DNA from: an uncultured Chloroflexia bacterium
Lineage (GTDB): Bacteria; Chloroflexota; Dehalococcoidia; DSTF01; WHTK01
Reading direction: 5' to 3'
NCBI GenBank assembly: GCA_963731765.1
Contig: CAVSWS010000018.1
Span: 67,440-131,439, forward strand
Length of the DNA: 64,000 nucleotides
In this document: piece after piece, positions 1 through 9,571 of the stretch
Layout of the letters: each line of letters opens with the position of its first letter
How positions within the stretch are numbered: the stretch's first letter is position 1
Notes under the pieces: generated by a model
Told to the model about the DNA's origin: nothing
The model's database searches: none
Seen by the model: the letters and a program-made list of their open reading frames with translations, nothing else
Position numbers and translations under genes: made by a program

Positions 1-2
1 CG

Positions 3-1361
3 CTATCGGCGGACCACGGGTGGCTCCAGCTCTACCAGGGCTACGCGGCGCTTATGTTCGAGAACGACGTCGCCGAGGCGCACCGCCGCCTGGAGCTGCT
101 GTACGGGCTGAACCCGCAGCTCGACAACGTCGACATCGCCATGATGACGATCGCCCTGCGCGGGCTGGCATCGATCCGGGCAGGGGCCGTATCAGCCGGG
201 CTGCGCGACCTGGACGAGGCGATGACCGCGGCCGTGGGTGGCGACATGTCGGACCTTGCTGCCATCGGCAACACCGCGTGCACCCTGATCTACGCCTGCG
301 AAGCCCTCGGTGACTACGACCGGGCCGCGCAGTGGTGCGAACGCACACGCGCCTTCTGCAAGCGACTGGGCATGGAAGTGTTCTTCGCCATTTGCCGCAA
401 CTACTACGCGACGGTCTTGATCTGGCGCGGCGCGTGGGACGAAGCGGAAGTGGAGCTCTCGGCGGCGATGGAGGAGCTGCAGACAACCCGTCCCAATTAC
501 GCCATGGAGAGTCTGGCCAAACTGGGTGAGCTCCGACGCCGCCAGGGTCGTATCGAAGAGGCCGCGACGCTGTTTGGGCAGGCCGAGTCCCATCGCCGGG
601 CCCTCTTCGGCCAGGCACAGCTCGCGCTGGACCGCGGCGACTCGGAGACCGCACTCGACTTGCTGCAGCGACTAATCCGTCGCCTCGGCGTCGAAGACAT
701 CGCGGAGCGCATCTTCATCCTCGACATGCTCGTGCGGGCCCACCTGCAGGCGGGAGCGGTCGACGAGGCCGAAGGTCTGCTGCCCGAGATCGAGGCGGCG
801 GTACGTCAGGCCGGCACGCGCCCGCTGGAGGCGACGGTGCTGATGACGCGAGGCGCCCTCCACGTTTACCGGGAGGAGCCGGAGCAGGCTCGGCAGTGCT
901 TCGAGGACGCCATCGACCTGTTCGCCGTCATGGGTGCGACTTTCGAAGCCGCCCGTGCTCGCCTCGACCTTGCTCGAGTTCTGCAGCGCCTCGGCCGGGA
1001 AGCGGCCGCCATGCAGCAGGCGATGCTGGCACAGACCGCATTCACGCAGCTCGGGGCAGGCCTGTACCGGGATGAGGCGGCCGGCGTCGTGTCCAGCCTC
1101 TCGGGCAACCTCGGCCCGCCACCCCAGGACCCGGTTTTGCCTTACGGTCTCACCGCTCGCGAGGCGGAGGTGCTGTGGCTGATCGCGGCGGGTAAGACGA
1201 ACCAGGAGATCGCCCGCGACCTGGTGCTCAGCATCCGCACCGTGGAGCGCCATATCTCGACGATCTACGAAAAGCTCGGTCTGCAAGGGCGGGCGGCACG
1301 CGCATCCGCTGCCTCGATCGCCGTCAGCCTGCGCGCGAACACGCACGCCGCCACGAACTGA
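3..1361 (+). CDS. LuxR-family transcriptional regulator with TPR-like repeats and C-terminal LuxR HTH; 5' end truncated by the window
   Basis: The frame is open from base 3 with no stop before the first ATG at 54. C-terminal motif '[44 protein letters not shown]' is a classic LuxR/GerE HTH. Upstream helical repeats resemble large MalT-like regulators. Confidence 0.8.
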   Translation, partial: LSADHGWLQLYQGYAALMFENDVAEAHRRLELLYGLNPQLDNVDIAMMTIALRGLASIRAGAVSAGLRDLDEAMTAAVGGDMSDLAAIGNTACTLIYACEALGDYDRAAQWCERTRAFCKRLGMEVFFAICRNYYATVLIWRGAWDEAEVELSAAMEELQTTRPNYAMESLAKLGELRRRQGRIEEAATLFGQAESHRRALFGQAQLALDRGDSETALDLLQRLIRRLGVEDIAERIFILDMLVRAHLQAGAVDEAEGLLPEIEAAVRQAGTRPLEATVLMTRGALHVYREEPEQARQCFEDAIDLFAVMGATFEAARARLDLARVLQRLGREAAAMQQAMLAQTAFTQLGAGLYRDEAAGVVSSLSGNLGPPPQDPVLPYGLTAREAEVLWLIAAGKTNQEIARDLVLSIRTVERHISTIYEKLGLQGRAARASAASIAVSLRANTHAATN

Positions 1362-1510
1362 TTACGTGTTGGCGGGCACCCGAAATGGGTGTCGGCACTC
1401 AGGTCATCCCCTCCCCTCAACCCTAGTCTCGAACTGTCCCGTGAGTGGCCGGTCGTCACGACCTCCGGCGACTTCACGGGACGCGGAGAGCGTGAAGCGA
1501 GGAGAGAATC

Positions 1511-2884
1511 ATGAACAACGAAGCACTGGCGCAACTGCGTAGCGACCTGACGGGCGTGGCCTACGTTCCGGAGGACGATGGCTATGCGGCGGCCCGCACG
1601 ATCTGGAACGGCACGATCACGAAGCAGCCGGCGATCATCGTTACCTGCAAGCGTGTCGAGGACGTGATCAGGGCGGTGAACTTCGCGCGGGAGCAGGGCC
1701 TCGGGATCTCGGTGCGCGGCGGCGGTCATCACGTCGCCGGCAGCTCCCTGATCGATGGCGGGCTGGTGGTCGACATGTCGGGCATGCGTTCCGTCACGGT
1801 CCACGCAGCCACGAAGACGGTGCAGGCGGAAGGCGGCGCCCTGATCGGCGACGTCGACGCGGCAACGCAGGAGCACGGGCTCGCGGTGCCGTTAGGGCTC
1901 GTGTCGGAGACGGGCATCGCGGGCCTGACGCTGGCGGGCGGTCTCGGGTGGATGCGACGCAAGTACGGCGCCTCGTGCGACAACCTGCTCAGCGCCGACG
2001 TCGTCACGGCCGACGGCAAGCTGGTGCACGCCAGCGAGAAGGAGAACGCGGACCTGTTCTGGGCCCTGCGTGGCGGCGGCTGGGACATGGGCGTCGTGGT
2101 GAACTTCGAGTACCGGGCGTTTCCTCTGGGACCGGACGTGTTTCTGACCTTCGTCATGTATCCACGGAGCGAAGGCAAGCAGGTGCTCCGAGGCTTCAAG
2201 AAAGCCTACGAAGCTGCTCCGCCCGAGGCAGGTCCGCTGGCTGTGTGCTGGACGTTCCCTGAAGCCGAGATGTTCCCGAAGGAGCTCTGGGGCCAGCCCT
2301 TCGTCGCCATCGGCGGTCCGTACATCGGCTCCGTCGAGGAGGGCGAAGAGAGGATGAAGCCCTTCCGCGAGCTGGGCACGCCCCTGGTCGACATGAGCAG
2401 CCCGATGCCATGGCTGGTGGCGCAGAAGATCTTCGACGAGGACTATCCGAAGGGCCGGCATTACTACTGGAAGTCGAGCTACCTGACCGACCTCAGCGAT
2501 GGCGCCATCGACGCGGTGCTGGACATCGCGGATGCGCGTCCTTCGCCCCTGACCAGTATCGACATCTGGTCACTCGGCGGCGCTATCGCTAATGTGTCAC
2601 CAGACATGTCGCCGCTGGGCCATCGCAAGGCACCGTACGCTATCGGCGTCGAGTGCAACTGGGACGACCCGGCAGCGGATGACGTCAACATTGCTTTCGG
2701 GCGGGAAGCTATCGAGAAGCTGCGCCCGTTTTCGACCGGGGGTTCCTACATGAACTTCGAAGACCCTGACGACGCGACGGCCACCGCAGCGTCCTACGGC
2801 GATGCACTGGCGCGCCTGCAGGCGATAAAGCATCAGTACGACCCGACGAACCTGTTCCGGTCGCGACGGGGACTGGTCGGCTAG
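1511..2884 (+). CDS. FAD-linked oxidase (FAD_binding_4 / berberine-bridge-like family)
   Basis: Motif 'RGGGHHVAGSS' plus a C-terminal BBE-like region; SD 'gaggaga' upstream of the ATG. Confidence 0.8.
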   Translation: MNNEALAQLRSDLTGVAYVPEDDGYAAARTIWNGTITKQPAIIVTCKRVEDVIRAVNFAREQGLGISVRGGGHHVAGSSLIDGGLVVDMSGMRSVTVHAATKTVQAEGGALIGDVDAATQEHGLAVPLGLVSETGIAGLTLAGGLGWMRRKYGASCDNLLSADVVTADGKLVHASEKENADLFWALRGGGWDMGVVVNFEYRAFPLGPDVFLTFVMYPRSEGKQVLRGFKKAYEAAPPEAGPLAVCWTFPEAEMFPKELWGQPFVAIGGPYIGSVEEGEERMKPFRELGTPLVDMSSPMPWLVAQKIFDEDYPKGRHYYWKSSYLTDLSDGAIDAVLDIADARPSPLTSIDIWSLGGAIANVSPDMSPLGHRKAPYAIGVECNWDDPAADDVNIAFGREAIEKLRPFSTGGSYMNFEDPDDATATAASYGDALARLQAIKHQYDPTNLFRSRRGLVG

Positions 2885-2886
2885 GT

Positions 2887-3699
2887 TTGCTGGCGGGGAC
2901 CGAACTACGCAAGGAACGACGGCTCAGCGAGGTCCTCACCGACTCGTTCAACATCCTGTTCGCACACTGGCGCCAGTTGGCGATCATCGCCGTCCCGGTG
3001 GTGGTCGCCAACATTGCGCTTCAACTCGTGATCCTGGCAATAAGTCAGGGCCTTCCAACAACTGAAGAGATCTCGAACGACACTGCCGACTTCTCATCCG
3101 GCGATATCGTGAGAGTAACGCTTCTGGTCGGCGTCGTTTTTCTGATTGCAATCCCCGTCGGCTTCGTGCTCCAGCAGTTGGTTACTGGTGGAAGCGTCAT
3201 CTTTCTGGATGACACAGACAGGAGCGAGGAGATCACGCCATCTGACGCGCTCGATCGAGCTCAGGCCAAGCTCGGCGCGCTCATCGGCGCCACATTGCGC
3301 GCCACCGCCATCGTTCTCCTGCTCTGTTGCACGATTGTCGGGATCCCATTCGCCATCTATCGCTCCATCCGGTGGATCTTCCTCGCACAGGTCATCATGA
3401 TCGATGGCGTCAGCGGTCCCGCCGTCCTCGCCCGAAGCGCTCAACTGGTGCAGGGGCGGTGGTGGAACACGTTGGGACGTCTCATCGTGATAGGGCTGGT
3501 CATCGGCATCCCGATTGGCATCTTGCAGCAGGCGCTCGTGGCAGCGATACCCGGTGTGATCGGGACTATCCTGTCAGGGGCGACTGGGTTTATCTCGGTG
3601 CCGTTTGGCATAATCGGCGTGAGCCTGATGTTCTTCGACCTGCGGGCTCGAAAGGGTGAGAATGACGTCCCCAGTACTCCTGCAGAGCCCCTTACCTAA
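2887..3699 (+). CDS. polytopic membrane protein of unknown function
   Basis: Multiple long hydrophobic segments; good coding potential; start is 3 nt after the upstream stop. Confidence 0.6.
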   Translation: MLAGTELRKERRLSEVLTDSFNILFAHWRQLAIIAVPVVVANIALQLVILAISQGLPTTEEISNDTADFSSGDIVRVTLLVGVVFLIAIPVGFVLQQLVTGGSVIFLDDTDRSEEITPSDALDRAQAKLGALIGATLRATAIVLLLCCTIVGIPFAIYRSIRWIFLAQVIMIDGVSGPAVLARSAQLVQGRWWNTLGRLIVIGLVIGIPIGILQQALVAAIPGVIGTILSGATGFISVPFGIIGVSLMFFDLRARKGENDVPSTPAEPLT

Positions 3700-4564
3700 C
3701 CCGACGCACCGCGGCAAGGTGCGTGAGACATACGACCTCGGCGACGGCCGGTTGCTTATCGTCGCGACCGATCGCATCTCCGCCTACGACGCGATCCTGC
3801 CCAACGGCATCCCGGATAAGGGCGCCGTGCTGACGCAGATGGCGGCGTTCTGGTTCGACCTGACGGCGCCGGTCGTACCCAACCACTTCATCAGGCTCGC
3901 CGACGGCACTGCCGCGGATGAGCTCCCGTTCGAGCTGCCACCGGAGCTGCGAGGCCGCAGCAGCATCGTCAAGAAGGCCCAGCGCCTGGACGTGGAGTGC
4001 ATTGCCCGGGGCTACCTCACCGGTTCGGCGTGGTCCGAGTACCAACAGACCGGTCGCGTCGGCGGCATGCGCGTGGCACCCGGCATGGTGGAATCGGAGC
4101 AGTTTCCGGAGCCCCTGTTCACGCCGACCACAAAGGCGGCGGAGGGTCACGACGAGAACATGAGCTACGCCGATGTTGTCGAGCTTGTCGGCGCGGAGGT
4201 AGCGAACGCGATCCGGCTGCGCACGCTGGCGATCTATCAGTACGCCGCCCTGTACGCCCTCGAGCGCGGCATTATCATCGCCGACACCAAGCTCGAGTTC
4301 GGCCTGCTGGACGGCGAGCCCATCATCATCGACGAGATGCTGACGCCGGACTCTTCGCGTTTCTGGCCCGCCGACGAGTACCGGACGGGGCAATCGCAGC
4401 ACGCCTTCGACAAGCAGTTCGTGCGCAACTGGCTCACGGAGTCCGGCTGGAACCGGGAGCCGCCACCGCCGGAGCTGCCGGAGGACATCATCGAGAAGAC
4501 GCGCCAGCGCTACTACGAGGCGTTCCAGCGCCTCACCGGGCGTGAGCTCACGAGGTACGAATGA
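3656..4564 (+). CDS. purC: phosphoribosylaminoimidazole-succinocarboxamide synthase (SAICAR synthetase)
   Basis: 'KVRETYDLGDGRLLIVATDRISAYD', the PurC signature; overlaps purS by ATGA. Confidence 0.9.
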   Translation: MRMTSPVLLQSPLPNPTHRGKVRETYDLGDGRLLIVATDRISAYDAILPNGIPDKGAVLTQMAAFWFDLTAPVVPNHFIRLADGTAADELPFELPPELRGRSSIVKKAQRLDVECIARGYLTGSAWSEYQQTGRVGGMRVAPGMVESEQFPEPLFTPTTKAAEGHDENMSYADVVELVGAEVANAIRLRTLAIYQYAALYALERGIIIADTKLEFGLLDGEPIIIDEMLTPDSSRFWPADEYRTGQSQHAFDKQFVRNWLTESGWNREPPPPELPEDIIEKTRQRYYEAFQRLTGRELTRYE

Positions 4565-4824
4565 CCAACTTCCTTGCCCGCGTGTACGTATCCCTCAAGC
4601 CCACCGTTAACGACCCGCAGGGCCTGACGATCGCGGACGGCCTGCGACATCTCGGCTTCACCGAGGTCGAGGGCGTGCGGGCCGGCAAGTACATCGAGAT
4701 ACGGCTCAGCGCCGAGAACGCCGAAGCCGCCGGCCAGCGCATCGACGCCATGTGCGACAAGCTGCTCGCCAACTCGGTCATCGAGGCCTACCGCTTCGAC
4801 ATCGAGGCACTTGCGCCTGCTTGA
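4561..4824 (+). CDS. purS: phosphoribosylformylglycinamidine synthase subunit PurS
   Basis: 87 aa, 'VYVSLKPTVNDPQGLTIADGLRHLGF', the PurS signature; translationally coupled to purC. Confidence 0.9.
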   Translation: MTNFLARVYVSLKPTVNDPQGLTIADGLRHLGFTEVEGVRAGKYIEIRLSAENAEAAGQRIDAMCDKLLANSVIEAYRFDIEALAPA

Positions 4825-5596
4825 TATGACCACCGAAACGCTCGACCAGGCTCGGGAGCGCTTGCGCCCCTACGTCGAACGGGCGAAGGGCTTCACGGGC
4901 TGGGATTTCAGTCATGTGAGGACAAAGACCCTGCCCCCTGCGCCGCCATGGAGTTACGTGGAACGAGCGCGGCAACTGCTCGCTCGGGCCGATTCAGCGC
5001 TGGACATTGGAACAGGAGGCGGTGAGGTCTACAGCGACATCTGTGAAGGATTGCGACTCCACGCAATCGCTACCGAAGGCTGGGCGCCCAACTCGACGGT
5101 CGCCTACAAGAGGCTGTATCCCCTGGGGATTGATGTCGTTCAGTGTGAAGATCAGTGCCTGCCGTTCAAACAACACTGTTTCGACGTCGTTCTCAACCGT
5201 CACGCCGGCTGGACGGCAGAAGACCTCGCGAGGATCCTGAAGCCCGGCGGTACCTTCCTCAGTCAGCAAGTGGATTCCGGCAACTGGCGTGAGATTCGCC
5301 GGTACTTCCCGCGGCGCCAATTCGACTTCAATCGGTCTCTGCTCAGCGATGTCGAGGAGATGGCGAAGGCGGGGCTGGAAGTGAACGAAGTCCTCCAACA
5401 TGAGCGAGGAGTCGCTTATCAGGAGCTGGGGGACCTCGTGATGAACCTGATCATGACTCCGTGGGAAATCATGAACTTCGACCCTCTCGGAGCCGATCTG
5501 GAAGCCTTGCTCAAGATTGAAGCCGACCTGGCAACAGATGACGGCATTCTGCTTACCGAGGGGCGTGCATTAATCGAGGCGCACAAGCCTGCCTGA
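4811..5596 (+). CDS. class I SAM-dependent methyltransferase
   Basis: Motif I 'LDIGTGGGEV' and post-I 'LKPGGTFL'. Confidence 0.8.
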   Translation: MRLLDMTTETLDQARERLRPYVERAKGFTGWDFSHVRTKTLPPAPPWSYVERARQLLARADSALDIGTGGGEVYSDICEGLRLHAIATEGWAPNSTVAYKRLYPLGIDVVQCEDQCLPFKQHCFDVVLNRHAGWTAEDLARILKPGGTFLSQQVDSGNWREIRRYFPRRQFDFNRSLLSDVEEMAKAGLEVNEVLQHERGVAYQELGDLVMNLIMTPWEIMNFDPLGADLEALLKIEADLATDDGILLTEGRALIEAHKPA

Positions 5597-5645
5597 CAAC
5601 ACCTACTACGACGCCATCGTCATCGGCGCGGGGGCAGCCGGGCTT

Positions 5646-6770
5646 TTGTGCGCCATCGAGGCCGGCAAGCGAGGGCGACGCGTGCTCATTATCGAGCGCA
5701 ATCAGGAGGCCGGGCGCAAGATCCTCATCTCCGGCGGCGGGCGGTGCAACTTCACCAACCTCTACGCTTCGCCGGAGCAGTACATCTCGGAGAACCCGAA
5801 CTTTGCTCGTTCCGCCATGGCCCGCTACGCTCCGGCTGACATCATCGACCTGATCGAGCGCCATGACATCGCCTACCACGAGAAGAAGCTCGGCCAGCTG
5901 TTCTGCGACGGTAGCGCCCGCCAGGTCGTCGACATGCTCCTGTCGGAGTGTCGCGAAGCCGGCGTGAGCATCCTCACTGACTGCCAGGTCGATGGCATTT
6001 CGAAGACCGATAATGGCTTCGAAGTGCAGACCAGCGGCGGCGACTTCACCGCCGAGTCGCTGGTCGTCGCGACAGGCGGGCTTTCGATCCCGAAAATGGG
6101 CGCCACGGACTTCGGGCTGCAGGTCGCGCGCCAGTTCGCCGTGCCGCTAACGGAGACCCGTCCCGGCCTGGTGCCACTGCGCTTCGAAGGCGACGACCTG
6201 GCGTTCTGCCAGGCGCTGGCCGGCGTCTCGATTGACGTCGAGGTGTCGTGCGGCGGGCAGTCTTTTCGGGAGAACCTGCTGTTCACGCATCGAGGCGTCA
6301 GCGGGCCGGCTGTTCTTCAGATCTCGAGCTACTGGCGCGAAGGCGACGAGATTGCCATAGACCTGATGCCGGGCGAAGACGTGGATGAAGTGCTGGCCGA
6401 GGCGTCATCGGTAGGTCGTGGCGTGCTGCGGCTGCTGGAGCTTCGACACGCCCGCCGGTTCGCGCAGGCCTGGACCGAGCGCTACGGCTACTCCGGCACC
6501 CTGTACAGCCTCTCGAAGCGCCAGTTGGAAGAGCTATCGCAGCGCCTGAAGTCGTGGCGCCTCACGCCCAGCGGCACCGAAGGCTACGACAAGGCCGAGG
6601 TCACGGTCGGCGGCGTGGACACGCGGGCGCTCTCCTCCCGCACGATGGAATGTCGAGAGGTGCCGGGGCTGTACTTCGTCGGCGAGGCCGTGGACGTGAC
6701 GGGCTGGCTGGGCGGCTACAACTTCCAGTGGGCGTGGGCATCGGGCTTCGCGGCGGGGCAGGCGGTGTGA
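5646..6770 (+). CDS. HI0933-family NAD(P)/FAD-dependent flavoprotein (BaiN/aminoacetone-oxidase-like)
   Basis: 'GGGRCNFTN' and overall HI0933 architecture. The conserved dinucleotide-binding start 'YYDAIVIGAGAAGLL' is encoded in frame upstream of the first canonical start (TTG 5646), so the true 5' end is uncertain. Confidence 0.8.
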   Translation: MCAIEAGKRGRRVLIIERNQEAGRKILISGGGRCNFTNLYASPEQYISENPNFARSAMARYAPADIIDLIERHDIAYHEKKLGQLFCDGSARQVVDMLLSECREAGVSILTDCQVDGISKTDNGFEVQTSGGDFTAESLVVATGGLSIPKMGATDFGLQVARQFAVPLTETRPGLVPLRFEGDDLAFCQALAGVSIDVEVSCGGQSFRENLLFTHRGVSGPAVLQISSYWREGDEIAIDLMPGEDVDEVLAEASSVGRGVLRLLELRHARRFAQAWTERYGYSGTLYSLSKRQLEELSQRLKSWRLTPSGTEGYDKAEVTVGGVDTRALSSRTMECREVPGLYFVGEAVDVTGWLGGYNFQWAWASGFAAGQAV

Positions 6771-6976
6771 GCTATCCGATGCGCAATGAACTGGTCTCTC
6801 GTCGCGGATATATCAGGTGCGACCGCATTCACTTTCTGCCTTCTCGGCCCTATTCCGGCGAGGAAGATGGCTCTTCAACATCTGCCTACGTTCTGTCGCG
6901 AGTTCAGCCGAGCGATCAGTCTTCTCCAAGCCTGGCTTGTGCTGAGCAATCCCTGCCCTGAATCTGACTGCATCTT

Positions 6977-7471
6977 TCATTTCATCTTGGACGCGACGAA
7001 TCGTACTCCTGGAGCCGAGACAACTGCAGAACTTCCGATTTTCCATAGTTCAACTTCCAAACCAAAGAAGTTCAAGCCCTCAGCGGTGTAGCTGTTAAGC
7101 CAGTCCAGCGCTGCCCGATGTTCATCAGTAAAACGACTGGATATCCAGACAGCGGTAACGGCATCCAAACCAGCGGAATACGTTAGAAGCTGGCCGAGAT
7201 GGCCATGATCAGTCCGCTCAAGCTGATTTTCCACGAGCACGTAGTGCCCGTTTCTGGTGTCTTTACAAAGGATGTCTGCCCTAAACGGGCCTACGCCCTG
7301 CTCCTGTCCCTGTACTTCAAGATCGATGCCAATGGCTGCCGAAAGGAGCTCGATATTTTCCGGCAACGCTAACCAGGGCGTGAATTCCCGAGCTTCGTCG
7401 AGCCAGAAATCGCGTAGCGCTACACGCTCGAGGCGCCCCATCTCTAGCTTTTGCAGTGAATCGTTCATCAA
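6977..7471 (-). CDS. NucS/DUF4268-like PD-(D/E)XK nuclease-fold protein in a low-GC island
   Basis: 'GPFRADILCKDTRNGHYVLVENQLERTDHGHLGQLLTY' matches the D...E-x-(K/Q)...GQ-L-Y pattern of NucS/DUF91-type restriction-endonuclease-fold proteins. Local GC is about 50% against about 67% in the flanks. Confidence 0.6.
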   Translation of the reverse strand: MMNDSLQKLEMGRLERVALRDFWLDEAREFTPWLALPENIELLSAAIGIDLEVQGQEQGVGPFRADILCKDTRNGHYVLVENQLERTDHGHLGQLLTYSAGLDAVTAVWISSRFTDEHRAALDWLNSYTAEGLNFFGLEVELWKIGSSAVVSAPGVRFVASKMK

Positions 7472-7511
7472 GCCTCCTCAAGAACTGGAGGGACTCGACC
7501 GCATGGCAGCT

Positions 7512-8108
7512 CTAGCCAATAGCTTCTTTGGTGCTGGGGGTCTGCCCTGCCCTGCGGGGCTCCAGGCGCGTGGCGGCGCAGAGGGCGCGGCCGAGGGCCT
7601 TCATCATGCATTCGGCCTTGTGGTGGTCGTTGACGCCGGCGAGGACGCGGGCGTGCAGGTTGAAGCGGGCTTCGTGGGCGATCGACTGCACGAAGTGCTC
7701 CACGAGGTCGCTCGGCATTTCGCCGAGGCTCGGGCCCGTCCATGACACGCTGATCACGGAGTACGCCCGGCCAGACAGGTCGACGGCGACCTGGGCCAGC
7801 GCTTCGTCCAGGGGCACGAGGGCATCGCCCATGCGCACGATGCCGGTCGAGTCGCCGAGGGCGTCTGCGAGCGCCCTGCCGAGCGCGATGCCGGTGTCCT
7901 CGACGGTGTGATGGGCATCGATGTGGAGGTCGCCCTTCGCCTTCAACGTTATGTCAAATATGCCGTGGCGCGCGATCTGGGAGACGAGGTGGTCCAGCAT
8001 GCCGATGCCGGTCGAGACGTCGGCCTTGCCGGTGCCATCGAGGTCCCAGGTAACGGAGATCGAGGTCTCTTTGGTCTCGCGGGAGTAGGTGCCAATACGG
8101 GCGGTCAT
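7512..8108 (-). CDS. hisB: imidazoleglycerol-phosphate dehydratase
   Basis: 'IGTYSRETKETSISVTWDLDG...DAHHTVEDTGIALG...NDHHKAEC' are the canonical IGPD Mn-binding motifs. Start placed at MTARIG, the ATG at 8106-8108 on the minus strand. Confidence 0.9.
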   Translation of the reverse strand: MTARIGTYSRETKETSISVTWDLDGTGKADVSTGIGMLDHLVSQIARHGIFDITLKAKGDLHIDAHHTVEDTGIALGRALADALGDSTGIVRMGDALVPLDEALAQVAVDLSGRAYSVISVSWTGPSLGEMPSDLVEHFVQSIAHEARFNLHARVLAGVNDHHKAECMMKALGRALCAATRLEPRRAGQTPSTKEAIG

Positions 8109-8225
8109 TCGCTGCGCATCCCTTCGGTGTGCTCCGCTCTTTTGAAAGAGGAAGGCTGGGGGGACTCCCCCCATGCCCCCCGCGCATGGGCTTCGCCCCC
8201 GCTACCCCTGTATCGGGGCATCGAC
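8100..8225 (-). repeat. about 105-120 nt G-rich repeat (family 1) immediately 5' of hisB, in gene orientation
   Basis: The reverse complement aligns at about 90% identity over about 105 nt with 22231-22340: 'caggggtagcgggggcgRagcccatgcgcggggggc..tggggggWgtcccccca...tcttt..gagcggagc...gatgcgcagcg'. Confidence 0.8.
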
Positions 8226-8340
8226 CGGTCAATGAACGTGTCGAATTCGCGCACGGGCTTCGCCGCCGCCATCCCCGTGTCGCTGCGGTTCGGAAGCATG
8301 CGAGATGGCTCGATTGTCTGATTGTCACAACTTCGAATGG

Positions 8341-9474
8341 TCATTGCTTCGTCCGTTGCACGTCGCTGCCGGCGCCGATTATCTCACGCAGCGCCTTTAT
8401 CAAGGCGTCCGTCTGGTCCGGGCGGCCGGCGGAGATGCGGATGTGGTTCTGGAGCAGCGGCGTATCGAAGTAGCGCACGAGGATGCCGCGGTCGAGGAGC
8501 TGACGGTGCACGTCGCGAGCGGCGATACCGGTGAGGTGGCAGAGCAGGAAGTTCGAGGACGAGGGCGTCACCTCGAAGCCGGGCAGAGCCGAGAGCAGCG
8601 TAAACATGCGATCGCGTTCGGCGATCATCATGGCGATACGCTCCCTGATGTAGCCGAGGTCATCGAGGCTCGCGAGCGTGGCGATCTCGGCCGCGGCGTT
8701 GAGGTTGTAGGGCTGCTTCACGCGCAGCACGAGATCGATGAGCGGCGGCTGGGCGATCATGTAGCCGACGCGAAGACCCGCAAGGCCTGCCCACTTGCTC
8801 AGCGTCCGCAGCACGATCAGGTTGTCGTATTCCGGCACGAGGTCGACGCAGCTTTCGCCGCAGAACTCGACGTAAGCCTCGTCGACGATGACGGGCTTGC
8901 CGGTGTCGAGCAGCGCGAGCAGGTCCTGGCGCGGCAGCAGGGTGCCGGAGGGATTGTTGGGCGACGTCGTGATGATGAGCCCGACGCCGGGGGCGTGCCG
9001 TAACGCCTGCTCCATGTCGATACTGAAGTCCTCGCGGCGTTCGATGTTGTCGACGAAGGCGTCCTGGATGGCGGCGAGGAAGGGATAGAAGCTGAACGTG
9101 GGCGGGAAGTTGAGCAGCGCATCGCCGGGCGGCACGAACATGCGGATGAGCAGGTCGATGAGCTCGTCCGAGCCGGTACCGCCGATGACGTGGTCGGCGT
9201 CCAGGCCGACGTAGCGGCCGATGGCCTCGCGAAAGCGGCGCTGCTCGGGGTCCGGGTAGATGTGCAGCGAATCTGCCCTGGCCAGCGCCTGGACGACGCG
9301 GGGCGAAGGGCCGTACGGGTTCTCGTTCGCGTCTAGCTTGATGATGGCCTCGGGCGCGATACCGAGGCGCTTCGCGACCTCGGCGGGCGGCTCGACCGGG
9401 ACGTAGGGCGGCACATCGCGCAGGTGGGCCTGGACGAGGTCGAGGATGCTATCGCCGGAGGGGGACGGCGTCAT
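8341..9474 (-). CDS. hisC: histidinol-phosphate aminotransferase
   Basis: Class-II aminotransferase with PLP-lysine region 'LRTLSKWAGLAGLRVGY'. Start at MTPSPSG; the 117-aa upstream extension in the ORF track is GC-frame read-through. Confidence 0.9.
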   Translation of the reverse strand: MTPSPSGDSILDLVQAHLRDVPPYVPVEPPAEVAKRLGIAPEAIIKLDANENPYGPSPRVVQALARADSLHIYPDPEQRRFREAIGRYVGLDADHVIGGTGSDELIDLLIRMFVPPGDALLNFPPTFSFYPFLAAIQDAFVDNIERREDFSIDMEQALRHAPGVGLIITTSPNNPSGTLLPRQDLLALLDTGKPVIVDEAYVEFCGESCVDLVPEYDNLIVLRTLSKWAGLAGLRVGYMIAQPPLIDLVLRVKQPYNLNAAAEIATLASLDDLGYIRERIAMMIAERDRMFTLLSALPGFEVTPSSSNFLLCHLTGIAARDVHRQLLDRGILVRYFDTPLLQNHIRISAGRPDQTDALIKALREIIGAGSDVQRTKQ

Positions 9475-9489
9475 GAGGAGACTCCGGGA

Positions 9490-9565
9490 GCAGACAAACG
9501 AGCAAACGAGCAGACTAACAAAGGACCGGGAAGGTCTCTGCTCGTTTTCTGGTTTGCTGGTTTGC
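9490..9565 (-). promoter_or_regulatory. structured hisD-hisC intercistronic element (hairpin built from tandem direct repeats)
   Basis: +strand 'cagacaaacgagcaaacgagcagac' pairs with 'gtctctgctcgttttctggtttgctggtttgctg'; CAAACGAG x2 and TTTGCTGG x2. Confidence 0.45.
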
Positions 9566-9571
9566 TGGTTG

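Noticed and set aside
6786-7091. 101-aa plus-strand ORF overlapping the 3' end of the low-GC nuclease gene
   Set aside because: It overlaps the better-supported minus-strand gene and has no start signals. It is noted only as part of the possible frameshifted 3' region of that gene.
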